Positions 27,486 to 37,044 of a stretch of 64,000 nt of DNA are shown one piece after another. The position numbers and the translations under genes are program-made. The stretch comes from Longimicrobiales bacterium (GTDB lineage Bacteria > Gemmatimonadota > Gemmatimonadetes > Longimicrobiales > Gaopeijiaceae). The notes under the pieces are model-generated. The model was not told the DNA's origin. It was given only the letters and a program-made list of their open reading frames with translations, and searched no databases. The stretch is from contig OZ241892.1 in NCBI GenBank assembly GCA_965203485.1, forward strand, positions 2,016,001 through 2,080,000, written 5' to 3'. Position 1 is the first letter of the stretch, and the number at the start of each line of letters is the position of its first letter.

Positions 27486-28520
27486 GTGGCGCTGGTCGAC
27501 TACATGGGGAGCGACGATGCCGTCGAGCGGGCCGCGCGCGTGAGCTACGGCTACGGCACTCGCAGGGTCTCGCAGACGCGCGGGCTCGTGCGCTACCTCC
27601 GGCGCCATCTTCACACGACCCCGTCCGAGATGGTCGAGTTCAAGTTTCACTGCGCCATGCCGATCTTCGTGGCGCGACAGTGGATTCGCCACCGCACGGC
27701 GTCGGTGAACGAGTACAGCGGACGCTATTCGTTGATGCCGTTGCTGTTCTACGACCCCGAACAGGCGCACTTCGGGTTTCAGAGCGCTATCAGCAAGCAG
27801 GGCCGGCAACTGGCGATTCCAGGGTTGGACGAATCCCGTCTTGCCCGAGCGCGCGAGCTCCATCGAGAAGCCGCTGATCGCTGGAGAGCCAACCGGGAGA
27901 GGGCCGCGAGCGACTACCGCTGGCTGGTGGAAGAAGACGTGGCACGCGAGCTGGCCCGGATCGATCTTCCCTTGTCCACCTACACGCAGTGGTACTGGAA
28001 GATCGACCTTCACAACCTGTTGCACTTCCTTGCCCTCCGCGTGGACCCGCACGCCCAGTGGGAGATACGGGAGTACGGCCGGATCATGGCCGGCATGGTC
28101 AAGCGCGTCGCGCCGATCAGCTACGAAGCGTGGATCGACTATCAGGTGGCGGGCGAGCGCCTGTCGCGCGGCGAGATCGAGGCGTTGTCGAAGCTCGTGT
28201 CGGTGGAGAGCGCGGGCGTCGCGGCGCAAGTCGATCGGGAGGGCGGGGGCGGCGGCGAACCAAGCCCGCGCGACGAAGGGGCGGCTCGTGTGTCCAACGA
28301 CGACTTGACCAAGCTGGGCCTGTCGCCGCGCGAGATCCGCGAGTTCAAGGACAAGCTGATGCCGCGCGCCGTCCCCGACTTCGAGCTGGACTTGAGCGCC
28401 ATGCGCAACGCGCGCGAGATCGAAGCCGCGATGCTCGCCGCCGTCCCCGAGCGGCGAGACGCGGACGAGCGCTTCCGAGCCGGCGAAGCTACCCGGCCAC
28501 CACCACCGTCTTCACGTTGA
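27486..28520 (+). CDS. thyX: FAD-dependent thymidylate synthase; true start probably upstream
   Basis: RHRTASVNEYSGRY, ARELARIDLP, NLLHFLALRVD.HAQWEIR. Confidence 0.93.
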   Translation: MALVDYMGSDDAVERAARVSYGYGTRRVSQTRGLVRYLRRHLHTTPSEMVEFKFHCAMPIFVARQWIRHRTASVNEYSGRYSLMPLLFYDPEQAHFGFQSAISKQGRQLAIPGLDESRLARARELHREAADRWRANRERAASDYRWLVEEDVARELARIDLPLSTYTQWYWKIDLHNLLHFLALRVDPHAQWEIREYGRIMAGMVKRVAPISYEAWIDYQVAGERLSRGEIEALSKLVSVESAGVAAQVDREGGGGGEPSPRDEGAARVSNDDLTKLGLSPREIREFKDKLMPRAVPDFELDLSAMRNAREIEAAMLAAVPERRDADERFRAGEATRPPPPSSR

Positions 28521-29859
28521 CGAATTCGCGGATGCCGAACTCCGAGAGCTCGCGTCCGATTCCGCTGGCCTTGACGCCGCCGAAGGGCAAGCGCGGGTCC
28601 GACTTGACGAAGTCGTTGACGAAGCAGGAGCCCGCCTCGATGGCGTTGCGGGCGATCCTCTCGCCGCGCGCCAAGTCGGCGGTGAAGACGGCGGCGCCCA
28701 GACCGTAAGCGGTGTCGTTGGCGATGCGCACGGCGTCCGCCTCGGTGCCAGCGCGGACGATGCTGGCCACCGGGCCGAAGAGCTCCTCGTCGTAGGCGGG
28801 CATTCCGGGCGCCACGTCGGCGAGCACCGTTGCCGGATAGTACCAGCCGGGCACGTCGGGGACCTCGCCGCCCAGCAGAAGCCGCGCCCCGGCTTGCACG
28901 CTGCGCTCGACCTGCGAGGCCAAGTGGTCGCGCAGGTCCTTGCGAGCCATCGGTCCCACGTCGGTCGCGTCGGCCATGGGCTCGCCCACGCGGACGCGCT
29001 TCATCCGCTCGACCACGGCCTCTGCGAACTCGCCGGCCACCGCCTCGTGCACCACGAAGCGCTTGGCCGCGACGCAGCTCTGGCCGCCGTTGACGAGGCG
29101 TCCGGCCACGCACGCGTCCGCCGCGCGCGCCAAGTCGGCGTCCTCCAAGACGACGTAGGGATCGCTTCCCCCCAGCTCGAGCACGCAGGTCTTCACCTCG
29201 GAGCCGGCGATCTCGGCCACCGAGCGGCCCGCGCGCGTGCTGCCCGTGAGCGTCACCCCCTGCACGCGCCGGTCGCCGACGAGAGCGCCCACGGCCGGCA
29301 CGTCGACGAAGAGGTTGGCGAAGAGGCCGGCCGGGATCCCGGCCGCTCGAAACGTCTCCTCGATCTGCAACGCGCAGCAAGGCACGTTCGGCGCGTGCTT
29401 GAGCAGCATCCCGTTGCCCGCCACGAGCGCGGGCGCCGCCGCGCGCACGACCTGCCAGAACGGGAAATTCCACGGCATGATCGCCAGCACCAAGCCCAGC
29501 GGCTCGAACGCGACGTAGCTCCGAAGCGCTCCCGTCTCGACCGCCCGGTCGCGGAGGAAGGCTGCTCCGTGCTCGCCGTAGTACTCGAGCGCGAGCGCGC
29601 ACTTGCGCACCTCGGCGACCGCCTCGCCGATCGGCTTGCCCATCTCCTGCGTCGCGATCTCGGCAAGCTTGCCCTCCCTCTCGCGCATCGCGCCCGCAAC
29701 GCTCCCCACGATCCGCGCCCGTTCCTCGAGCGGCGTCCGTCTCCACTCGCACTGCGCGGAAGCGGCCGCCGCGACCACGGCCTCGACCTGCTCCGAAGAG
29801 AAGAACGGGTATTCGCGCAGAGGCTCGCCGCTCGCAGGGTTGACTGTCGCGAATCGCAT
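28489..29859 (-). CDS. NAD(P)-dependent succinate-semialdehyde dehydrogenase
   Basis: IMPWNFPFWQ, LTGSTRAG, LELGGSD, GQSCVAAKR, EELFGP, LPFGGVKASG. Confidence 0.9.
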   Translation of the reverse strand: MRFATVNPASGEPLREYPFFSSEQVEAVVAAAASAQCEWRRTPLEERARIVGSVAGAMREREGKLAEIATQEMGKPIGEAVAEVRKCALALEYYGEHGAAFLRDRAVETGALRSYVAFEPLGLVLAIMPWNFPFWQVVRAAAPALVAGNGMLLKHAPNVPCCALQIEETFRAAGIPAGLFANLFVDVPAVGALVGDRRVQGVTLTGSTRAGRSVAEIAGSEVKTCVLELGGSDPYVVLEDADLARAADACVAGRLVNGGQSCVAAKRFVVHEAVAGEFAEAVVERMKRVRVGEPMADATDVGPMARKDLRDHLASQVERSVQAGARLLLGGEVPDVPGWYYPATVLADVAPGMPAYDEELFGPVASIVRAGTEADAVRIANDTAYGLGAAVFTADLARGERIARNAIEAGSCFVNDFVKSDPRLPFGGVKASGIGRELSEFGIREFVNVKTVVVAG

Positions 29860-30181
29860 CGTCGGCAATCGGAGGCGGTTGAGGGTCTTCGCGCGCGGGC
29901 GGCACGGTTGCGCGGGCGCAGGCTTCGTGCCGGAGACCCCGGCGAGGAACTCGGAAATATGCCGCCGGCACGCGCCGCGCGGCAAAGCCCGAGCGCCGCC
30001 AATTCGCCGTCGCGGCCGCGGCGAGACAGCGGGCAAGCCGACGGCAAACCCCGCGCGCGCCGGGCGACACGTCCGCACCCACGGAGGAGCCCCGGCCGGG
30101 CCCTGCGCCGTCCGCCGCGTGGTGGGCGCCCGTGCCGGGCTCGCTTGCCCGTGCCGCTCTCGACCCGGCAACTTCCCCGGC

Positions 30182-31123
30182 ATGATCCTCCCTCAGTCGG
30201 CCCCGGCGGCGACCTCGCCTCCCACGGTTCCGCTCGCGGGCCTCGATCAGCTGTGGTTCCAGGTGGCCGGCACGGTCTGCAACTTGCGTTGCCGCCATTG
30301 CTTCATCTCGTGCTCGCCGGACAATCATTCCTTCTGGTTCATGTCGAGGCGGATGGTGCGCGACGCGCTGGAGGAGTCGGCCGGGATGGGCGTCCGGGAG
30401 TACTACTTCACAGGCGGCGAGCCCTTCATGAATCACGACATGGAGGGCATACTGGAGGACGCGATGCGGCTCGGGCCCGCCACGGTGCTGACGAACGCGA
30501 CGCTGTTGCCGCCCAGGCGCGTCCAAGCGCTCCGCCGCATCGCCGACCGTAGCGGCAACGCGCTCGAGCTCCGCGTGAGCGTGGACGGACCGACTGCCGA
30601 AGCGAACGACTCCATTCGGGGAGACGGCGCGTTCGACCGGGCCATGGAAGGCGTCGGACGCCTGGCGGCGGCGGGATTTCGGCCGATCGTCACCGCAATG
30701 CAGAACTGGCCCGACGACGAGGCCCCCTCGGTCCTGCGCGCGTTCCGGACCGCCTTGGCCGCGGCCGGATACTGCGATCCGCGCCTCAAGATCCTGCCGC
30801 CCCTGCTCATCGGCGGCGAGGCCGAGCGGACCCGCGGCTACGCCCCCGAAGAGACCGTCACGCACGAAATGCTCTGCGGCTTCGACCTGGGCCGGCTCCT
30901 CTGCACGCGAGCCCGGCTGGTCACGGCCGACGGCGTCTACGCCTGCCCGATCCTGCTCGACTTCCCCAGCGCGCGGCTGGGCGACTCCCTGGCCGAAGCG
31001 GTCGCCGCCGACGCCCCCCTAGGCGAGGCCGCCTGCTACACCTGCTACGTCAACGGCGCGATCTGCTCCAACGCGACGACGGGGACCGCATGCCGCGACG
31101 GGCGGAGCCCGCGAAACGGATAG
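30182..31123 (+). CDS. Radical SAM protein of unknown function
   Basis: CNLRCRHC, FTGGEPF, VLTNA, RVSVDG, C-terminal Cys cluster (CPIL, CYTC, CSN). Confidence 0.85.
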   Translation: MILPQSAPAATSPPTVPLAGLDQLWFQVAGTVCNLRCRHCFISCSPDNHSFWFMSRRMVRDALEESAGMGVREYYFTGGEPFMNHDMEGILEDAMRLGPATVLTNATLLPPRRVQALRRIADRSGNALELRVSVDGPTAEANDSIRGDGAFDRAMEGVGRLAAAGFRPIVTAMQNWPDDEAPSVLRAFRTALAAAGYCDPRLKILPPLLIGGEAERTRGYAPEETVTHEMLCGFDLGRLLCTRARLVTADGVYACPILLDFPSARLGDSLAEAVAADAPLGEAACYTCYVNGAICSNATTGTACRDGRSPRNG

Positions 31124-31163
31124 GTGCGCCGGCGCGCGATCCTCCCGCGCCCGCGCGCGGCCC

Positions 31164-32492
31164 TCACCACCGCAGCGACAACTCCGCGAAGTCCTTCCAG
31201 GGCACCACCACCTCGCCGGCCTCGGTCGCGACCACTATGCCCCGGTTCCCGCCGTCCACGTCGTTGGAGCCCGACAGGTGGAACGCCCGTCCGTCGCGCA
31301 GCGTCACGGTTGCGCCGTCGCCGCTCCTCGCGATGGCGGCGATCTTCGAGAACTCGATCTCGAACTCGGTCCCGCCGACCCGGCCGTCCAACGTCTCCCA
31401 GCTCCGCGCCTCGTCGGCGTCCCACTTGATTCGGCCGGACAGAAGCTCGCCCGAAGTCGTGGCCACCGTGCCGAGTAGCGGGACGCCGCCGTCGAAGTCG
31501 TGAATCGTTTCCTCGGTCGCGGCCTCGTGGAAGACCAGGCCGGCAAAGTCCTTCCACGAAACGTTGACCGCGCCGAGCGCCGGGTCGGACACGGTGATGC
31601 CGTTGTTGCGCCGGTCGACGTCGTTGGTGCCCGAGAGCACGAGCTCTTCGCCCGAGTGGAGCACGACGCGGGCCGACCGGGAACCCTCGCGGCTGATCGA
31701 CGCCACGGCGCCGAACGGAATCTCGTGGCGCTCGCCTTGGAAGTCGCCGTCGAGCACGTCGGAGGACAAGATCTCGTCCAGGTCCCAAGCCACGAAGCCG
31801 GTGAACTCCATGCCGGAAGCGGTGGAAAGCGTGCCGTGCAGCCGGCCCGAAGCCGGCGCCGCGCCGGCCGGCGCGGGATCGAAGGTGACGTCCGCGACGT
31901 CGCTCCAATCGAACTCCGCCCGTCGCCCGTTCACGCCGGTGACGACGAGCTTGCGAAGACTCGGTCCCAGGTCGGTGCCGTTCGGGCCGAAGCGGACGGT
32001 CTCGCCGGAGCGCAACACAAGTCGGGCTTGGTTGCCGCGCAGGCGCTCGATGCGCCGGACGTGGCCGAAGCGAATCGTAGACTGCGACCGCCCGTCGCCG
32101 ATCTTGACGGCGTTGAGCGGATCGCCCCAGCTGCCTTCGTTGCGGTCCCAGCGCAGGAATCCGTGGCGGACGACGGGCGCCCCGCCCCGGTCGCCTGCAA
32201 GGCGCACGGTGCCGAAGAGCCGGTTGGCGCCGGACTTGTGCTCGACCAGCTCGTAGCGCCGGGAGGGCGCCTCCGCGCGGCGGACGCGCGACGTGGTCAG
32301 CGTCACTGTCGGCGCCCCGCTTCGGACGATGCGAACCGACACCGCCGACGGCGAGGCCGCGTCCGCCTCCACGCGCGGCCCCGCGTCCCCTCCCAGGGTC
32401 AGGAACGCCGCGGTCGCGAGAACGCCCGCCAGCGCCGATCCGCCGATGACGGCGCCATTCTTCGCATCTTCTCCAGGTGTGGGGCCTCTCAT
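31164..32492 (-). CDS. Hypothetical exported protein with three internal repeats; start uncertain
   Basis: Hydrophobic N-terminal segment; three L.GT.....G...G...WD..E units. Confidence 0.65.
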   Translation of the reverse strand: MRGPTPGEDAKNGAVIGGSALAGVLATAAFLTLGGDAGPRVEADAASPSAVSVRIVRSGAPTVTLTTSRVRRAEAPSRRYELVEHKSGANRLFGTVRLAGDRGGAPVVRHGFLRWDRNEGSWGDPLNAVKIGDGRSQSTIRFGHVRRIERLRGNQARLVLRSGETVRFGPNGTDLGPSLRKLVVTGVNGRRAEFDWSDVADVTFDPAPAGAAPASGRLHGTLSTASGMEFTGFVAWDLDEILSSDVLDGDFQGERHEIPFGAVASISREGSRSARVVLHSGEELVLSGTNDVDRRNNGITVSDPALGAVNVSWKDFAGLVFHEAATEETIHDFDGGVPLLGTVATTSGELLSGRIKWDADEARSWETLDGRVGGTEFEIEFSKIAAIARSGDGATVTLRDGRAFHLSGSNDVDGGNRGIVVATEAGEVVVPWKDFAELSLRW

Positions 32493-32852
32493 GCCAGTCT
32501 CCTTGATCAAGTCGCCAATCGCTTCGTCGTCCGCTTGCCTGCCCGTCCCCTGCCCAGCGTCCCGCCCGTCCTTCGCTTATGTCCTGCACCGGCGAACCGG
32601 ATTGGTTTCCGTCGGTCCCGGGCGGCCTCCATCGGCCCCGCGCCGCCGCTCGCCCCTCCATCAATCATTGACGAGACTCGCGCCGGAATGGTTGCACTCG
32701 TGCCGCAAACGGGTACTTTTCGTTCAAGTGCGCCGGCGGCGGCGCGCGCCGAAGGCTCCGCACGTCGGACCCGAGCCTGGAAGCCGAGCGGGCTCCGCGC
32801 GGGCCCCAAGTCGACCTGGCGGAGCGGGAACACGCAACGGCTATCGTCGCTC

Positions 32853-33314
32853 ATGTCCATCTTCAGCAAGATCCTCGGCGGCTCCGACAAGGCGGAGCGC
32901 GTCGACTACTACGAAGAAGGCGTGGCGCTGGCCCGCGACGGGAAGTTCGACGAGGCGCTGACTTCGTTTCGGCTGGCGCTCAAGGAGTCGCCCGGCGACC
33001 CGATCGTGCTTCAGCAGATCGCCATCGCCTACACGCGAACGGGCCGCGAGCAGGAAGCGATCAAGACCTACCGCCACGTCCTGACCCGCAATCCGGACTC
33101 GCCCGGCGCCCACTACGGGCTGGCATTTCTGCTGTTGCGGAGCGGCCAGGAAGATCAGGCCGTGGACCATCTGGAGTCGTTCTTGGCGCAAAGTCCCTCG
33201 GACCCGGACGCCCGCGACCACGTCGAGCATGCGCGCGCGACGCTGAGCGACATTCGAAGCAAGCAGGACGAGGACGCTGGGCAGGCGACGGAGGCGGCGC
33301 CCGGCCCGTCCTGA
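32853..33314 (+). CDS. Tetratricopeptide repeat protein
   Basis: YYEEG..L...G.FDEA...F..AL; AHYGLA.LL. Confidence 0.8.
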   Translation: MSIFSKILGGSDKAERVDYYEEGVALARDGKFDEALTSFRLALKESPGDPIVLQQIAIAYTRTGREQEAIKTYRHVLTRNPDSPGAHYGLAFLLLRSGQEDQAVDHLESFLAQSPSDPDARDHVEHARATLSDIRSKQDEDAGQATEAAPGPS

Positions 33315-33336
33315 AGCCACCGACGGGAGGACAGTG

Positions 33337-33768
33337 ATGAAGCCGGACAAGGAGGTCGCGCTCCGCTGGACCGGCGGGCTCTCGTTCGAGGGCGGGCCGG
33401 CGGGCGGGCCCGGCATCGTCGTGGACGGGGACTCCGAGGCCGGACCGTCGCCGATGGACTTGGCGCTGACGGCCGTGGCCGCGTGCATGGCCATCGACGT
33501 GAAGGTGATTCTGGAGAAGATGCGGACGCCGCCGAAGACGCTGGAGATCGCGGCCGAAGGCGAGCGCGTGGAGGATGCCCCGCGCCGCTTCTCGCGCGTG
33601 CGGCTCGCGTTTCGGCTCGGAGGACTCGGCGAGGCGGACCTGGAGAAGGCCGAGAGGGCCGTCGCGCTGTCGCGGGAGAAGTACTGCTCGGTGCTGTTCA
33701 CGATGAGGCCCGACCTGAAGCTGGAGACGGCCGTGGAGCTGGGCGGCGGGGCGGCCGGCGATGGCTGA
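33337..33768 (+). CDS. OsmC/YhfA family protein
   Basis: GPSPMDL.L.AVAACM, LSREKYCSV. Confidence 0.88.
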   Translation: MKPDKEVALRWTGGLSFEGGPAGGPGIVVDGDSEAGPSPMDLALTAVAACMAIDVKVILEKMRTPPKTLEIAAEGERVEDAPRRFSRVRLAFRLGGLGEADLEKAERAVALSREKYCSVLFTMRPDLKLETAVELGGGAAGDG

Positions 33769-35662
33769 GCCCACCAGGAGCTTCGAGAACCGGGCCGACG
33801 TGCCGCGAGGAACGCTGACCGAGCTGTTCCTCGGTGCGGTCGAGCGGTTCGGCGACGAGCGGGTCTACGGCGAAACGACCTACCGCCAGGTCGAGGACGC
33901 CGCGCGGAGGGGGGCGGGCGCGCTGGCGGAGTGCGGCCTCGAGCGGGGGGCGCGAGCGGCAATCCTGTCGGAGAACCGCGTGGAGTGGGCGCTGGCCGAC
34001 TGGGCATGCCTGTGCGCGGGCGTGATCGTGGTCCCGGTCTACGACACGCTGCCGGCGTCGCAGGTGGCCTACATCCTCAAGGACTCCGGCGCCGCGCTGG
34101 TGTTCGCTTCCGGCGGGGAGCAGGTCGCGAAGGCGCGGGAAGCCGCGGCTGCGGCGGGGCGGGAAGTCAAGGTCGTCTCGTTGGGAGGGGACGGCGTGGA
34201 CGGTCGCGACGACGCGGCGGACGGCCCCGGCGGCTCCGTGCTCGCCTGGGACGACTTCCTGGCCTTGGGAGGCCCGGCCTCGCTGGAGGACTTTCGCGAA
34301 GCGGCCCGGCGCGCCCGTCCGGACGACTTGGCCACGATGATCTACACGTCGGGCACGACCGGCGCCCCCAAGGGCGCCATGCTGACGCACGACAACATCG
34401 CAGCCAACGTCTGGGCTTCGTCGCGGACGCTGCAGGTGAGGAGCGACGACAGCACGATCTCCTTCCTGCCCCTCTCGCACGTGTTGCAGAGGATGATCGA
34501 CTACCTGTTCTTCGCGTCGGGCTGCCACGTGACGCACGGGACGATCGACGCGGTGGCCGACGACATCAAGCGGCTGCGGCCGACGTTGCTGGCGTCGGTG
34601 CCGCGCCTCTACGAGAAGGTGTACCAGAAAGTGCTGGGCGCGACCGGGCTCAAGGGCGGCTTGGTGAAGTGGGCGGCGGGCGTGGGCCGCGAGGCGGCGC
34701 TGCTGGAGGAGGCGGGCGGCACGGTTCCCTCGGGGCTTCGCCTGAAGCGGGCGCTGGCCGACAAGCTCGTGTTCGCGAAGCTGCGCGAGGGCTTGGGCGG
34801 GCGTCTGCGGTTCTTCGTGAGCGGCGGGGCGGCCTTGGCGCCGGAAATCAACCGCTTCTTCCTGGGAGCCGGGATTCGCATCCTCGAGGGCTACGGCCTC
34901 ACCGAGACGTCGCCCGTCACCAACGTCAACACCTTCGACGCCTTTCGGATCGGCACAGTGGGGCGGCCCGTGCCCGGCACGGAGATCCGCATTGCCGAGG
35001 ACGGGGAGATCCTGGTGCGCGGGCCGCAGGTCATGAAGGGCTATCACGGCCTCGAAGAGCAGACCCGCGAGGTCCTCTCCGAGGACGGCTGGTTCAGCAC
35101 GGGCGACATCGGCGAGCTGAGCCGGGACGGTTTCCTGACGATCACGGACCGCAAGAAGGACCTCATCAAGACGTCGGGCGGCAAGTACGTGGCGCCGCAG
35201 GCGATCGAGAACCGCCTCAAGCAGAACCCGTTCTTCGAGCAGGCCGTCGTGGTGGGCGAGGGCCGCAAGTTCTGCTCCGTGCTGGTCGCTCCGGCGCTCG
35301 ACTACCTGGAGCAATGGGCCGCGGGAGAAGGCGTGGCCGGGCGCCGGCGGAAAGGCGGCGGCGAGGCCGCCGAAGCGGGAGCCGAAGGGGAGGCCGGCGT
35401 GGCCGCCCGGGCCAAGGCGCTGCTGGAGGTCCCGGCCTGCCAAGAGCGCCTTAGGGAGGAAGTATTCGACGCGCTGCGGAACTTGGCACGCTTCGAGACG
35501 CCGAAGAAGATCGGGTTCGTCAGCGAACCGCTGACGATCGCCAACGGAGCCCTCACGCCCACGCAGAAGGTGAAGCGCCGGGTCGTTGCAGAGCGGCACG
35601 CGGCGATGATCGCGGACTTCTACGACGAGCGGTTCGCCGGACGCACGGTCTTCGTCGCGTGA
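33761..35662 (+). CDS. Long-chain fatty acid--CoA ligase
   Basis: IYTSGTTGAPKG, EGYGLTETSP, STGDIG, DRKKDLIKTSGGK, LTPTQKVKR. Confidence 0.92.
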   Translation: MAEPTRSFENRADVPRGTLTELFLGAVERFGDERVYGETTYRQVEDAARRGAGALAECGLERGARAAILSENRVEWALADWACLCAGVIVVPVYDTLPASQVAYILKDSGAALVFASGGEQVAKAREAAAAAGREVKVVSLGGDGVDGRDDAADGPGGSVLAWDDFLALGGPASLEDFREAARRARPDDLATMIYTSGTTGAPKGAMLTHDNIAANVWASSRTLQVRSDDSTISFLPLSHVLQRMIDYLFFASGCHVTHGTIDAVADDIKRLRPTLLASVPRLYEKVYQKVLGATGLKGGLVKWAAGVGREAALLEEAGGTVPSGLRLKRALADKLVFAKLREGLGGRLRFFVSGGAALAPEINRFFLGAGIRILEGYGLTETSPVTNVNTFDAFRIGTVGRPVPGTEIRIAEDGEILVRGPQVMKGYHGLEEQTREVLSEDGWFSTGDIGELSRDGFLTITDRKKDLIKTSGGKYVAPQAIENRLKQNPFFEQAVVVGEGRKFCSVLVAPALDYLEQWAAGEGVAGRRRKGGGEAAEAGAEGEAGVAARAKALLEVPACQERLREEVFDALRNLARFETPKKIGFVSEPLTIANGALTPTQKVKRRVVAERHAAMIADFYDERFAGRTVFVA

Positions 35663-36006
35663 ACGGCAACGGCGTCGCAACCGTTCTGACGACTGCGCCC
35701 ACGGAGGCGGCGGAAGCGGTCGTGCGCGCGTTGGTGGACGAGCGGCTGGCCGCGTGCGGCAACGTTCTGCCGGGCGCCGCGAGCATCTATCGCTGGAAGG
35801 GCCGGGTGCACCGCGACGACGAGGCAGTGGTCGTGCTCAAGACGGTGCGCCGCCTAGTGCCGCGGCTCTTGGAACGGGCCGCCGAGCTTCATCCGTACGA
35901 AGTGCCGGAGCTGCTGGTGCACGAGGTGGACGACGGCGGAGCGGCGTACTTGGATTGGGTGCGCCGAGAATGCGCCGGCGAGGCGGAAGCCCGGGCGCCG
36001 GCGTGA
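35659..36006 (+). CDS. cutA: Divalent-cation tolerance protein CutA
   Basis: LVDERLAACGN, SIYRWKG, HPYEVPE, YLDW. Confidence 0.92.
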   Translation: MNGNGVATVLTTAPTEAAEAVVRALVDERLAACGNVLPGAASIYRWKGRVHRDDEAVVVLKTVRRLVPRLLERAAELHPYEVPELLVHEVDDGGAAYLDWVRRECAGEAEARAPA

Positions 36007-36542
36007 TTGCCAGGATCAAGTCGCTTTTCGGACGAAGCGCGCCGCCGGATCCGCCCCGCGAGGCTTCGCCGGAAGAGATGCGGCTCGCGGCATGCGCCTT
36101 GCTGCTGGAGGTGGCGTACGCGGACGACGACTTCGTCGCCAACGAGCGCCAGCACTTGGTCGACGTGGTTCGGCGGCATTTCCGCCTCAAGCCCGAAGAC
36201 GCGCACGAGCTGATCTCGGCCGCCGAGGACGAGCGCCGGGAGAGCGTGGACCTGTGGGCCTTCACGACCCTGATCCGCGAGCACTACTCGGTAGGGCAGA
36301 AAATGGTGCTGGCGGAGGCGATGTGGGGCTTGGCGCTCGTGGACGGGCGGATCGAGAACCGCGAAGACTGGGTGATGCGCAAGATCTCGGGACTGCTGGG
36401 GCTCAAGGCGGGCTACCTGTCCGAAGCCCGGCGGCGCCACGAGTCGCGCCGGCGGCCGCCGGACGAGCCGGGGGCCGAAGACGGCGCGGAGGAGGAGGAC
36501 GGCCGGGCGGCGGGGGCAGGCCGCGGCACGGCAGGCGGCTGA
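36003..36542 (+). CDS. TerB family protein
   Basis: LAACALLLEVAYADD, DLWAFT, ALVDG.I...E...MRKI..LLGL. Confidence 0.85.
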   Translation: MIARIKSLFGRSAPPDPPREASPEEMRLAACALLLEVAYADDDFVANERQHLVDVVRRHFRLKPEDAHELISAAEDERRESVDLWAFTTLIREHYSVGQKMVLAEAMWGLALVDGRIENREDWVMRKISGLLGLKAGYLSEARRRHESRRRPPDEPGAEDGAEEEDGRAAGAGRGTAGG

Positions 36543-36557
36543 AGGCGAACTCGCGCC

Positions 36558-36992
36558 GTGGACCTGCTGTTGCTGATCGCGACGGGCTTGGCCGCGCTTG
36601 GGCTCGGCGTCTATCTGGGATTGCCCCGCGTCGAAGGCGCGCCGGCGTGGCGGCGGGGAACGCGTTCCCTGCGCTCCGCGCCCCGGGCGAACGCGGCCGG
36701 CGAGGAAGGGGGCACGGCGGGATGCGACGCGGCAGAGCCGCCCCAGCCCGCCGCGTCGGACGAGGCTCGAGAGCAGACGGCGCAGCGGAAGAAGTTTCTG
36801 CGCCGGCGCGTCAATCCGCTGGACCTGCTCCGCCTGGACGAGCGCGGATCGGCCCGGAGGCGCGCGCGGCGGCCGTTCCAGATGTCGCCGGACCGCCCCC
36901 GCGGCTCCGCGCCCGTGGAGCCGCCGACGGGAGACGGCGCCGACCAGCGCCGGCCGCCCTGCGGTTCCGTCGAAGAACGCTCCCGCCAGTAA
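36558..36992 (+). CDS. Hypothetical protein with N-terminal TM segment
   Basis: Operon position; hydrophobic N-terminus. Confidence 0.5.
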   Translation: MDLLLLIATGLAALGLGVYLGLPRVEGAPAWRRGTRSLRSAPRANAAGEEGGTAGCDAAEPPQPAASDEAREQTAQRKKFLRRRVNPLDLLRLDERGSARRRARRPFQMSPDRPRGSAPVEPPTGDGADQRRPPCGSVEERSRQ

Positions 36993-37044
36993 CGGAACTC
37001 GCCCGACGCGAGCCGCCAATCCCACAACTTGGGACTTGACGCCC

